Of a DNA stretch of 64,000 nt, positions 29,474-40,960 are shown one piece after another. Below the pieces are notes generated by a model. The model had not been told where the DNA came from and searched no databases. It was given only the letters and a program-made list of their open reading frames with translations. The DNA is taken from assembly GCA_951406725.2 (NCBI GenBank), contig OX597816.1:50840001-50904000 (forward strand), read 5' to 3'. The number at the start of each line of letters is the position of its first letter. The first letter of the stretch is position 1. The position numbers were made by a program, and so were the translations under genes. The DNA comes from Octopus vulgaris. Lineage: Eukaryota.

Positions 29474-29960
29474 ACTGGACGATACCTCAACTTCAATTCC
29501 CATCATCCATACAGTGTAAATAGAGGAATTGCTCAGTGCCTAAAACATCGTGCAAAGAATATAAGTAGCGATTGTGATACACACCACGAATAAATTATCA
29601 AGCTCAATACAGATTTGTGAAGCAACAGTAACCCCAAAAGTATACAATCTACTGCAATTATGAAGAAGAGAGAGGATGAGGTCAAGAAACTGTCCACAGT
29701 CTGTGTACCCTATGTGAAAGGCCTCTCCGAAAAGATACAAAAGATATGCGGCCCATATGACATCAAGAGAACTTCGCAAATATCTCCTTCGAGTAAAACC
29801 ACTCCATGCAGCTGTGGTAGATTATACAAAGGCGAACATGCCGCCCCCTCAAAATAAGTGTAGACGAACATCGCAAAGCTGTGACACGACGAGATATTTA
29901 TAATTCGAGTATAGCTGATCATGTATGGAAAAATGGAGACCACCTCTACCTGTGGGATGC
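29474..29960 (+). mobile_element. Penelope-like retroelement pol remnant (RT thumb/linker + GIY-YIG endonuclease), frameshifted
   Basis: Translates TGRYLNFNSHHP, KLSTVCVPYVKGLSEKIQKIC, PCSCGRLYKGE, EHRKAV, SSIADHVWKNGDH..LWD, typical PLE motifs. Confidence 0.85.
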
Positions 29961-30051
29961 AGATACGAGAAGCATAAGGGAACCGGTATTAAGGATGGAT
30001 GGAAAAATATTAGATTCTATAAGCCTTAAAATTCACTCCATAATTGCCCAC

Positions 30052-30295
30052 GGGCATAAATCGTATTCGTTAAGAGTGCGGCTACTAACTCAAAGATTCT
30101 GAGTTCGATTCCAAGCAGTGACCTGAACAATAATATTATTAATAATGACAACAACAACATGGAAAACTACCTTAGGAATGAGAACCCAGGTCCGAAATTT
30201 CGCGAAGGCACCTGAAGAAGGCTGGAGGGTACATCAGCCGAAACGTTATGAACAAACAAGATGAGGACAAATATTCGTCGAATGTAAATAATGTG
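30052..30295 (+). mobile_element. tRNA-like head + (AAT/AAC)n + hammerhead-bearing PLE-like tail
   Basis: GTTAAGAGTGCGGCTACTAAC..GAGTTCGATTCC (B-box 30101-30112), followed by the HHR motif at 30209-30250. Confidence 0.65.
30209..30250 (+). ncRNA. Minimal type I hammerhead ribozyme motif (family 4)
   Basis: CAC-CTGAAGA-A-GGCTG-loop-CAGCC-GAAA-C-GTT-ATG: core intact, 5-bp stem II, palindromic AACGTT stem III; stem I weak in this copy. Confidence 0.65.
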
Positions 30296-30359
30296 CAACT
30301 TCATTTTATTATTATTGTTGTTGTTGTTTATGTTGCTGCTGTTGTTTTTGTTGTTGTCA

Positions 30360-30490
30360 ATGCGGTGAGAGGGTAGACTCGTTAGCACACCGGGATAAAT
30401 GCTTAGCGTATGTATTTCCCCCCAGCTGGACAGGACGCCAGTCCATCGCAGCATTACTCAAGAAACAGGAATAAAGAGTGAAAGAAAGTC
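30360..30490 (+). mobile_element. SINE fragments (family C head joined to a family D-variant body in opposite orientation)
   Basis: CGTTAGCACACCGGG..AAATGCTTAGCG, then CCAGCTGGAC..GACGCCAGTCCATCGCAGC as at 37110-37165. Confidence 0.6.
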
Positions 30491-30933
30491 ATTTCTTGAT
30501 CGGATTTTTTTCTCGTTTAACAAAAGTAAAATCAAATCTTCTGTTGGATTTTTCAGTTTGTTTAAGAGCCTTTTATATCTGATGTAGTACTTATATTTTG
30601 CTTCTACTGACAAATTGACCTTTCCTCATCATATAAGAGTTATATCTGATGTCTCTTCGTGGACAAAATTTCTGACTATTCCTTCTGATACATGGAGATC
30701 GCTTACAATAGACTAGATGGAATTTCTGGGATTGTAATCAATGGTCTGTTGAACTTAGTGGATGAATTAAGGTGTTCTAGTGATTTCAGAGCGTTTAGAA
30801 TGTTTTTATACTTTGATACTGGTGATACGTTTCCATGTTCAGTCTCTAGATCCTTACAAACTTTGTAGATCAAAGATCTGGCAACTTTTATAAATCACTA
30901 TGCTCAGCCTTTATAACCACATAATACATACAG

Positions 30934-30975
<42 letters not shown>

Positions 30976-31020
30976 ATAGATAGATGAAACTTACTTGAAA
31001 GAGCTTGCGTGTGTTCATTC

Positions 31021-31097
<77 letters not shown>

Positions 31098-31185
31098 TAT
31101 ATTTTTTTATTTTTTATTTTATTTTATCTAGTTTCAGCTCACGAGCTGTGGCCATGCTGGGGCGCCGCCATTTTAACAAACACAC

Positions 31186-31247
<62 letters not shown>

Positions 31248-31254
31248 GTCCAAG

Positions 31255-31398
31255 TAACTTAGCGGTTTGGCAAAAGAGACCGATAGAATAAGTACTAGGC
31301 TTACAAATAATAAGTCATGGGGTCGATTCTCTCGAGTAAAGGCGGTGCTCCAGCATGGCCGCAGTCACATGACTGAAACAAGTAAAAGAGTAAAAGAG
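31255..31398 (+). mobile_element. Family A SINE 3' part
   Basis: GTAACTTAGCGGTT..GATAGAATAAGTACTAGGC..CCAGCATGGCCGCAGTCA..GTAAAAGAGTA. Confidence 0.85.
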
Positions 31399-31426
31399 TA
31401 TATAAATATATATTCATGTATGCATG

Positions 31427-31490
<64 letters not shown>

Positions 31491-31520
31491 TATGCATATA
31501 GACATATATATACACATACA

Positions 31521-31596
<76 letters not shown>

Positions 31597-32026
31597 CATA
31601 TATGGGCAGAGGACGTCATAAAACGTGTGCAACAAAAAAGTATGATGCACGAATACATAACACATGAACTATTCTGTCGAGCGCCGAGAGGCACAAATGG
31701 AAAACAAGACAAACAATATTAAGAACGACCCTCAATCAGTTCTTGGCTATTTTTCTACTGTCGTATTTCGAGCATTTAACAACAATATACGCTTTCAGTA
31801 ATACAATTGTTCATGCAAAAGCAAATAAAATAAAATTTTATTTAATTTGCTTTGCAGGAGCAACTGTTTTATAGAAGCGTATATCGTTGTTAAATGCTCC
31901 AACTACGAGAGTAGAAAAACAGGCAAGAACAGATGAAGGTTCGTTATTGATGCAGCTTTTTGTTTTCCATTTGTGTCTTTCGTACTTTTTTGCTGTACAC
32001 GTTTCATGACGTCCTGGACCCACATA

Positions 32027-32030
<4 letters not shown>
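31597..32030. repeat. Abutting inverted pair of a ~200-240 bp repeat
   Basis: 31597-31838 aligns with the reverse complement of 31838-32030 (GGACGTCAT.AAACGTGT, CACAAATGGAAAACAA, GAGCATTTAACAAC.ATATACGCTT, AAAGCAAAT). Confidence 0.85.
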
Positions 32031-32102
<72 letters not shown>

Positions 32103-32287
32103 TGTGTGTGTGTGTTTGTATACACATATACTTAAATACTTGAATAATTGAATATGCAACCTCAGATAATTATTTTGAAATATCTCCATAAATATGACAC
32201 CAATGGCAGTCTTGTTACCCAACAAATAAATATAATTTATGCAAGAATACCGTGTTGCTTACGCTTCTCTTTTTGTTATTAACAGAT

Positions 32288-32509
32288 ATACTCTTTTACT
32301 CTTTTACTCGTTTCAGTCATTTGACTTCGGCCATGCTGGAGCACCGCCTTTAATCGAGCAACTCGACCCCGGGAGTTATACTTTTGTAAGCCTAGTACTT
32401 ATTCTATCGGTCTCTTTTGCCGAACCGCTAAGTAACGGACACATAAACACACCAGCATTGGTTGTCAAGCAATGCTAGGGGGACAAACATAGACACACAA
32501 ATACACACA

Positions 32510-32510
<1 letters not shown>
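32288..32510 (-). mobile_element. Family A SINE 3' part
   Basis: Reverse complement of 31255-31398 and 50761-50940. Confidence 0.85.
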
Positions 32511-32576
<66 letters not shown>

Positions 32577-32626
32577 ACATATATACTACGTATACTATAT
32601 ACATATATACATATATACTACGGAGA

Positions 32627-33886
32627 TCCAGTCCTACTTTAAAGACATCCGCATCCACCCCATGCAGGTCCCTCAGGTTCTTCGGGAGGATATTGAAGAG
32701 ATGTGGGCCTCTGAAGCCCAGGCTATTACAGTATCTTGTCCTACATCTTGATGGCAAATTTGGAGTCCTTGGCACCACGCAGTGGCGCCCAGTTCTGGCA
32801 TTTGTGTAACTCTCGATGCCAAAGTTTGGGACAAGACCTTCCAGGATCTTCCAGATGTATATTATGGTATATCTTTCTAGCCTACGCTCCAAGGAATAGA
32901 GTTTTAATCTCTTGAGTCTTCCCCAGTAGCTTATATGCTGCACAGAGGCTATCTTCTTCCTGTAGCTTCGTTGGATCGCTTGTGATAAACTGTGATCGTT
33001 CTGTGATAAACTTGACACTGGATGGCGACCATAGCTGAGAGCAATAGTCAAAGTGGCTTAGGATAAGTGTCCTCCAGAGGACCATCATGGTTTCTTGGTC
33101 TCTTGTTCTAAAGGTTCTAAGAATCTATCCGGCCAGCCGTCTACGTTTCATTGCCAATTTAGCAACATGTACATGAAAGGTTGTGTCATCAATCATGTAA
33201 ATACCCAGGTCACGCACTGATTGTGCCTCTGGGATTGCAATCCCTCCAGGTCCAGTGTATCCGTCACCGTGGGAGGAGGGACAGCCGAGGAGGGACGGAT
33301 TCGGTCAGCGGAGCAGAAACGTCAGATGCGTAAAGCCAGAGCCGCCTGCACCAGTAGCACGGCCCCTACCCACTTCTGCCCCACCTGTGGGAGGGGCTTC
33401 CTTGCCCGGATTGGCCTCACCAGCCACCTCAGGTCTCATGGCGGCAGTTCCATCAGATGATGTCAGTTGGTCATCTTCGAACCGAAGGACGAACATTATT
33501 CATTGGGTATTGCATTTAGTTTTGCATGCTGATAGCATAAGGCTTGAAACTTTTCAGCATTAAACTGCATGCTATTCTTTTCAGCCCACTTGTATATTTT
33601 GTCCAGCTCACATTGCAGGTGCTTAGTGTCTACAGGGTTCTGTATTGCCTGTGAAACTTTTGTATCATCTGCATAACTTGTGATCGTGGCTCTCTGCGTG
33701 GCTGAGGGCATGTCTGAGAGGGCCATTATGAACAGTAGTGGTCCCAAAACAGTGCCCTGCGGAACACCGCTCACTATTTGCGTGTTAGTGGAAGTGGCCC
33801 CATTGGCTACTACCACCTGACGTCTATCCTTCAGAAAGTCATGAAGCCATTCTCCCAATTTTCCAACTATGCTAAGATCACGCAGT
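32627..33886 (-). mobile_element. CR1/Jockey-group LINE ORF2 fragment (RT C-terminal half), disrupted
   Basis: SGVPQGTVLGPLLF, YADD, MQFNAEKFQ, VRDLGI, HFDYCSQLWSP, SYWGRLKRLKLYSLERR; contains a stop, a frameshift near 33000 and an RTE insertion. Confidence 0.92.
33261..33496 (+). mobile_element. 5'-truncated RTE-clade LINE 3' end nested in the CR1-like element
   Basis: C-terminal zinc finger FCPTCGRGFLARIGLTSHLRSH plus 3' hairpin GTCATCTTCGAACCGAAGGAC; removing it restores the host frame NAIPNE|YTGPGG. Confidence 0.88.
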
Positions 33887-33909
33887 TTGTATGTATATAT
33901 GTGTGTGTG

Positions 33910-33998
<89 letters not shown>

Positions 33999-34183
33999 AT
34001 ATATATATTTATATACATACATTTATTTGTACGTATGTAGTCTGTACATAGAGACAGTATAAATTACCTACGTATATTTATAGATAGGCATACTGCTACT
34101 GACTCACACGCTCCCGCATACACACACACGCACACGTACACACCATACACATACTTACATATAAATACATATATGCGTGTTCG

Positions 34184-34242
<59 letters not shown>

Positions 34243-37020
34243 GGATGACATTAACTTGTATTCAATAAACATAGAAAGGTATAAAAATATTTTTGAAATA
34301 ATGTGAAGGTAGAATAATATTGGTCAAAATATCAATATTTTTTTTTAGATACCACGAACTTACAAACTCTAACAAAATGTACGAGATGATAACATCTTTC
34401 AACAGCAACATAAAATGATTATAAAACAAAATCTTTCATCAACAACACGACAAAAAAACCCAGTTAAGATATACTGCTAACTGGCAAATTTCAAATGAGA
34501 ATTTAAAGAAGTACAAAAAGTCTAACAAAAATCTATGAATCCAACTTACTTGAACAAACGAACAACAAGTGTTCTATGTGACTAAAACAATTGGCATTGT
34601 GTTATTGATTACGTACAGTCAGGTGTGTATGTCAGTGTCTGTGAAAATATGACAATACATCTATTTTTTATATATATATATGTAGATCGAAAGTTTTTAC
34701 TGACATCTATTGTCGAAGCTACTATTCACCAGTCATATGTTGGAAACTTGGTTTTCTTTTCACATATACCTTTCAAATCTGACGTCTTTTGCGACCTTAC
34801 ACTCGTGGCTTATATTCCTTTGTTTGTACATATATTTATATATGTATATATGCGTGTGTGCGTGACTGTGTGTATGAGCGCGTGCATGATTATTTGTGTC
34901 TGTGTATGCGTGGGTGTGTACGTGTGTGTATGTCTGTGTGTGTCTTCGTACGCGTGTGAGTGAGTGTGCGCGTGTTTTGAATTTGTGTCACTAGTAAAAC
35001 AACTAATTCTACAGAACTTTGGAAATGTTTAGTTATTTTGAATCATGAAGACGGATACCAAATAGAAATGGCACTTGAATACAAGAGAGAATATAAGCAG
35101 ATGACGGTAAATTCATATCTCAGAACACGTTGCACTAGCGTGATATATAAGCAGTTGTATTCAAAGAATTTATTAACTTTATCAAATATTGGACCAAAAT
35201 ATAAATCTAGAATTTTAGGCAGGAAATAGGAAGATTTTATGAAGTTTTCTAGATAAGATTTTCACAATCTACAAACCATTCAGTTTTAAGAATATTCAAT
35301 AGGAATACGCTTCCAAATTATAACAATGAAAAAATAAAAACTGCCACGCCCAGGACCACATCCTCGATTCTGGTCTTTGTCTTCGAAGCCAGAAAATATT
35401 TTTTCATTCAAGATTTACTGAGACTGTGAGACCTGCAAATGTGTAATGGACGCACATTTTCCTGCAAACTTGAGTACATACTGATGTGTGCCACTCGACA
35501 GACTAGAAAGATATGCTCGTATATGCCCTTTTTCAGTTTTCCTTCCTTCGCTTGAATAGTGACCTCTGTTTCTCTCAGCTAGTTGGTCTCATAACTTTTC
35601 CACTTGTGTACCTCCCACCAGTTCGAGACTATACGTCCCATCAGCCCAATCATAATGAGCGCACCCTGTCCTTCTTAGAACATCGGTTCTTCTAGAATCT
35701 TATCTGTCCTCACCTAGTTCTTGTAGTGACCAGTAGCAACAAGTTGAAAGAAAAATTACTGATATCATACTCCCCTGTCCCGGAAAATCAACAAAAGATT
35801 TGTACAATGCCATTTACTTTAGATTCAACGACCAAAATAATCCAAAAATATTAATTGTGGAATGTTTTGGCCCACATATGTAGGTTCAGATGGCCTTCCT
35901 TGTAGTTGAATTTGTTTGTTGCATGCTAACTTTTTGTGTAATTCTTGTAAAGTAAATCAATATTTTCATATAGACTTAGTAGTAGGATTTTCTCATATCA
36001 GAATAATCACACGGATAATAAAAGGAATAACGGTATCGCCGACAGTACCTACACACGCAGAGAAAAATAAGCACAACACACGCGATATGAATCGTAGATA
36101 TGCTGTGTATTGTCAAAGAAATTTAAGATACAAAGATTAAATGTTCCTCAAACGAAAGCTGTGTTTAGAGCAGCTCTAGTTTATAATTAAGAATCGCTTC
36201 CTTATTTTCATGCACATCTACATGAGCCCGTGTTTGAATTCATCGTTTCCCGTACTCCTTTTTTTCTTTACCTTATAGATGAGGGCATGTAGCATACCTT
36301 CTTAGCAGAGGTATAGATTTTAGTCACTGTGGAGTCGACTATAAGCGAGGTTGTACTGAATAACAGTATGTCAGAAGTAACACACTGCAACACATTATAT
36401 GCTAGTGTGTGAGTGTGTGTGTGACACTGTGTGTGTATGTGTGCGTGTGTGTATGTGTGTGTGTGTGTGTGTGTGCTCGTGTTATTCATAGTTATGTTTG
36501 TCTCTGCGTGTGGCATTCTATATATGAGTGCTATTTGCAGTCGCAAAACATCTTAAGCTCATAAATCTTAAAAAATCTGACGATCTATTGACAAATCAGA
36601 AACTCGGTTTATATGATGCTACTTTGAAGCATATCTGCTAAAAACATAGAACCCCGCCCGGACATAAAACATCAAAGTTGAGCTATGTACTACTATAAGA
36701 AACATATATTTATATCCCAATGTATCCATACTTAAATATTGTTTTTTATTCTATAAGGCGACATTTCTTAATTTTGTACTGTTGTATTCCACTATTTAAA
36801 CCAAGTAACTTTACAGTGTTCTCTCTAAATCATTTAAAATGACATACCACAAAATTATGATTATACAAAATTTCCTAAAATTGCTGGAATTTGTAATGTG
36901 ATGATTGCGTCAGATATTATGAAATTAACATTTTTCACATTTTTCTCAAACTTTGTAACAGCGTTCGAATATTTCAAAATGTTAGTAACTGCGGTAAAAC
37001 GATATTCAGCTAAATTACAC

Positions 37021-37348
37021 AATTTTATTTATTTATTTTATGCGCCCTTATCAAGCCTAGCCTGGCTCATGGGCCCGGTTTCCCGCTTTCTATGGCGTAT
37101 GTGTCCCCCACACCCAGCTGGACGCGACGCCAGTCCATCGCAGCGTTAGTCAAGAAACAGAAAGAAAGATGGAGAGAACTTTAGGGTGAAATAGTATAAT
37201 AGCGGTCGCGACCACCCCCCGCCGGAGCCCCGTGCAGCTTTATGTCTTTTCGCTCAATAAACACACACAACGCTCGTTCTGCGAATCGAAACCGCGATCC
37301 TACAATCGCGAGTCCGCTGCCCTAACCACTGGGCCATTGCGCCTCCTC
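37021..37348 (-). mobile_element. Family D-variant SINE with TSD
   Basis: Head GGAGGCGCAATGGCCCAGTGGTTAGGGCAGCGGACTCGCG..; (AAAT)n tail; TSD AAATTACAC at 37012-37020 and 37349-37357. Confidence 0.88.
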
Positions 37349-38339
37349 AAATTACACCATAGTAATGCAATTTAGAATGTCTCTTTGTTTCACGAAGGCG
37401 TATAATTTACGATCAAATGTTGTAGATGATGCTGATAGCAGAAATTATATCTGACATTTAATTATGTGCTTCAAAATCTTCGGTAGATGTCTAATTTATC
37501 CAATCCTTCCTTTCGTTTTCTAACTGTTCGTCAACAAGGAAAATTAGCCAGGCACATTCTGGAATCTTCGAAGATATCTTGAAACCGTTTAGAGATAACC
37601 TTATGTGACTGCTCTGAACGGTAACAGATCACCAGAAAGTAAGCATCAAGGCCTTCTGTCTTGCTCCCCGTATAGAAATGTCCGGTAATTGGTCAAATTC
37701 TTCACTTTCCAAATTACATTTCAAGACATTATACAAATATATAAATCACAGTTTCCGCTTTCATAAAATTTTGCCTGCTCTGTTTATTTAAAACACGTGT
37801 AAAATTGATATATTGTGTCACTCAAATTACTTAGGATTTTTGAATTTTTTTCTAAAAGTCAGACTGGTGCATTTTGACAACTCTTATTCCATTTTAAATG
37901 TGGAAAAATTATGCGATAACTTTCTCATTGTTTTTACACGCACAATATTTAGTTTAATTTCTCACTCTCATATTTATTTCTGATTTTCTTAATTGGTTCA
38001 AGATATATTGCATTGCAAGCAGTTATAGCCATTTTTCTTCATTATTTTACTACAAAACATTTTTGAGGCATTTCGCAATGTATTAGTACGACACCAGGTA
38101 AACATTTTTCAGTATCCGGCTGTTTGAAAAAATGTTGCTTTAAAACTAGAGAAATGTTATTTCCCCAAGCACGACATTTTATTCCACGTCGCATCGATAT
38201 CGATTCCACACTCATTTTTGAAATGTTAGATGGTGTTCATAGATTCCTTGAAGATGAATAATATCACTTCTTAAATATCTGGACACCTTACCTGTAATAT
38301 TTTGTCATATTATTAACTATCAAAATTAGTTTATTATAG

Positions 38340-38530
38340 GCAAAAGCGGTGCTCCAGCATGAGCGCAGTCAAATGACTGAAAAACGTAAAAGCATGGCTG
38401 TGTGACAAGAAACGTGCTTCCTAACCACATGCTTCTTGGTTCAGCCTCATGTTCGGCAAGCGTTTCCTTCTATATCTTCGGGCCGACCATAGTCTTCTGA
38501 GTAGAGGGCAACTGAAAGAAGTCCGTCATA
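38340..38530 (+). mobile_element. Family A SINE fragments (tail followed by head)
   Basis: GCGGTGCTCCAGCATG..; ATGGCTGTGTG..AACCACATG..GGGCCGACC..ACTGAAAGAAG. Confidence 0.7.
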
Positions 38531-38589
38531 TGTGTGTGTGTGTGTGTGTGCTAGTGTTTGTGTGTATGTGTGTATATATATATATATCT

Positions 38590-38930
38590 TTTTTTTTCTA
38601 CTCTAGGCACAAGGCCTAAAACTTAAGGAGAGGGGGAGAGGGGACCAGTCGATTAGATCGACACCAGTACGCAATTGGCACTTGCTTCGTCGTCCCGGAA
38701 AGGATGAAAGGCAAAGTCGACCTCGGTGGAATTTGAACTCAGAACGTAAAGACAGAAAGAATACCTAGGGGTCTAAGAATACAAGGGGCTAAACAGAGAG
38801 AGGACAAACAAGGACAGACAAACGGATTAAGCCTATCACATCGACCCCAGTGCCTACTGCCCCGAAAGGATGAAAGGCAAAGTCGACCTCGGCAGAATTT
38901 GAACTCAGAAGGTAGCGGCAGACGAAATAT
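38590..38930 (-). mobile_element. Tandem dimer of family C SINE
   Basis: Two copies of AAAGGATGAAAGGCAAAGTCGACCTCGG..GAATTTGAACTCAGAA. Confidence 0.85.
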
Positions 38931-39029
38931 GTGTAACCAGGCTTCAATAATTCAAAGTCCGATGTGTGTGTATGTGTATGTGTGTGTGTGTGTGTGTGTG
39001 TTTCTTTATTTTTTAATATGTTGTTTATT

Positions 39030-39211
39030 CCGGTTGTTCGACTGCAGCCATGGTGGTTCTCTGCCGTAAAGGGTTTTAGTCCAACGAATGGACCCCATGG
39101 CTTATTGTTTAAAGCTAGTACTTACTACTAGGTTACCTGGAAGTAGGCAAACGAACGCCAGTTTTGAAGCGCTGGTAGGGGGACAAACACATACACAAAG
39201 ATACACACACA

Positions 39212-39264
<53 letters not shown>

Positions 39265-39385
39265 TCACACAAATTCACACACAAGTCTTTCGTCGGTTTG
39301 AAGCTCTAGTAGAAGACGCATGGGACTGAAATAGGAACCATGTTGTTAGAAAGCAAGCTTCTTACCACACAACCGTGCCTGCATG
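39030..39385 (-). mobile_element. Diverged family A SINE
   Basis: GACTGCAGCCATG..CTAGTACTTA..(CA)n..GGAACCATGTTGTT..CTTACCACACAACC. Confidence 0.65.
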
Positions 39386-39967
39386 AAAATACACGTATAT
39401 ATGCGTGATGCATGTACGTATGTACGTATGTATGTATGCATGTATGTATGTATGTATGTATGTATGTATGTATGTATGTATGTATGTAGAGGTAGGTAGG
39501 TAGGTAGGTAGGTTGGTGGGTAGATGTGTAGGTAGTTAGGTAGGAAGGTAGAAGTGAGGGAGGGTGGACATTTAAGTAGGAAGGGAGGTATGCATACATA
39601 AATTTATGTATTACAACGTATTTAGAATACATACAGAAAGGAAATAAATATACACTTTTATTTCTTTGAAAAATATTGCAACATTTATTACTGCATTCCT
39701 GGATAAGAACGAGTGTAGGAATCATTCGGTTTCTCTGGTATGGTAATGGGAAATTTTTACCCAACAAATATTTGTCTATTTATTTTGCGGAACAAAAGGA
39801 TTTCTTCCATTTTTCATTATCTCGAGAGCCAAAGATTTAACATAGATTACCGCATATTAACGTATTCTAAATTTAAGCGCTATGTATCGTAATGACGCGG
39901 TCTCTTTTTCTTTCTCTCTATCTCTTTTCTCTCTCTCTCCATATATATGTATATACATATATATATA

Positions 39968-40033
<66 letters not shown>

Positions 40034-40699
40034 CATATACATACATATATACATACATATATAGTAAACACATGCACACATGTGCACTCCAACAAACATG
40101 CCACCCATCGACATGCCCACACAACCACAGGTTTAAAGCACTGTCCTTTGTACTAGGATCAGTAGAGTTGTACTCGATCCAGTTAAAATTAAATCTAGTG
40201 AATGTAAATCCTGAATTCCTTCAATTTTACATATATACGTGCATGAATATATGTACGTGTATGTATGGATGGATGTATGCATGTATGTATCTGCATGTAT
40301 GGATGGATGTATGTATGTAGGTAGGTATGAATGCATGTATATATGCATGTTATCAGTGTCATAGTGTTATGAAGCTATGACTGAATTTTTAATAGAGGTT
40401 ATGCATATATATGATTTTTGCCAAACTGTGCAGTGATAGGTGTATGAATGAAAGACAAACACAATGCGTAACGAGACAGAAGGAAAGGAACGAGAGATGG
40501 AATGAGAATATTATAAAAATGAAAGAAACTGTGGAAAAGAACGGAAGTGTGTTATGTCGGAAATAAGATAGCGTATGTAGGTGTTGGTCATTATAAGAAC
40601 AGCAACAATAATAAGAGTGACAACAGAAACAACAACAGCAACAGCACCACTAAAAAATAATAATAACAAAGAAAATGATAACTGTTTTTACATTTAGTT

Positions 40700-40960
40700 A
40701 ATGACATCGACCTCTGTGTTTCATTGGTACATAATTTATCGAGCACGAAATGATGAAAGGCTGGAGGTAAAGATGGACTAAATGCCTCTAAGCATTTTGC
40801 CCGGCGCGAAAACGCTTCTGGGAGCTTAATGCCTTAATAACAACAACAGCAACAATAACAACAACAACAACAATAACACTACTGGAGGTACAAGGCCTTA
40901 AATTTGTGGGGAGGGATCTAGTCGATTATATCGGCCCCAGCGTTTCACTTGTACTTAATC
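40700..40960 (-). mobile_element. Decayed family C SINE fragments
   Basis: ACATCGACC..GATGAAAGGC..CTAAGCATTTTGCCCGGCG; ACAAGGCCT.AAATTTG..GTCGATTATATCG.CCCCAG. Confidence 0.55.

Noticed and set aside
30490-30890. Coding-like minus-strand stretch (RSLIYKVCKDLETEHG..)
   Set aside because: No recognisable motif and it contains stops; probably an unclassified TE fragment.
35160-35900. Faint PLE-like (IFNRNT) and LINE-like fragments
   Set aside because: Too decayed to assign without a homology search.
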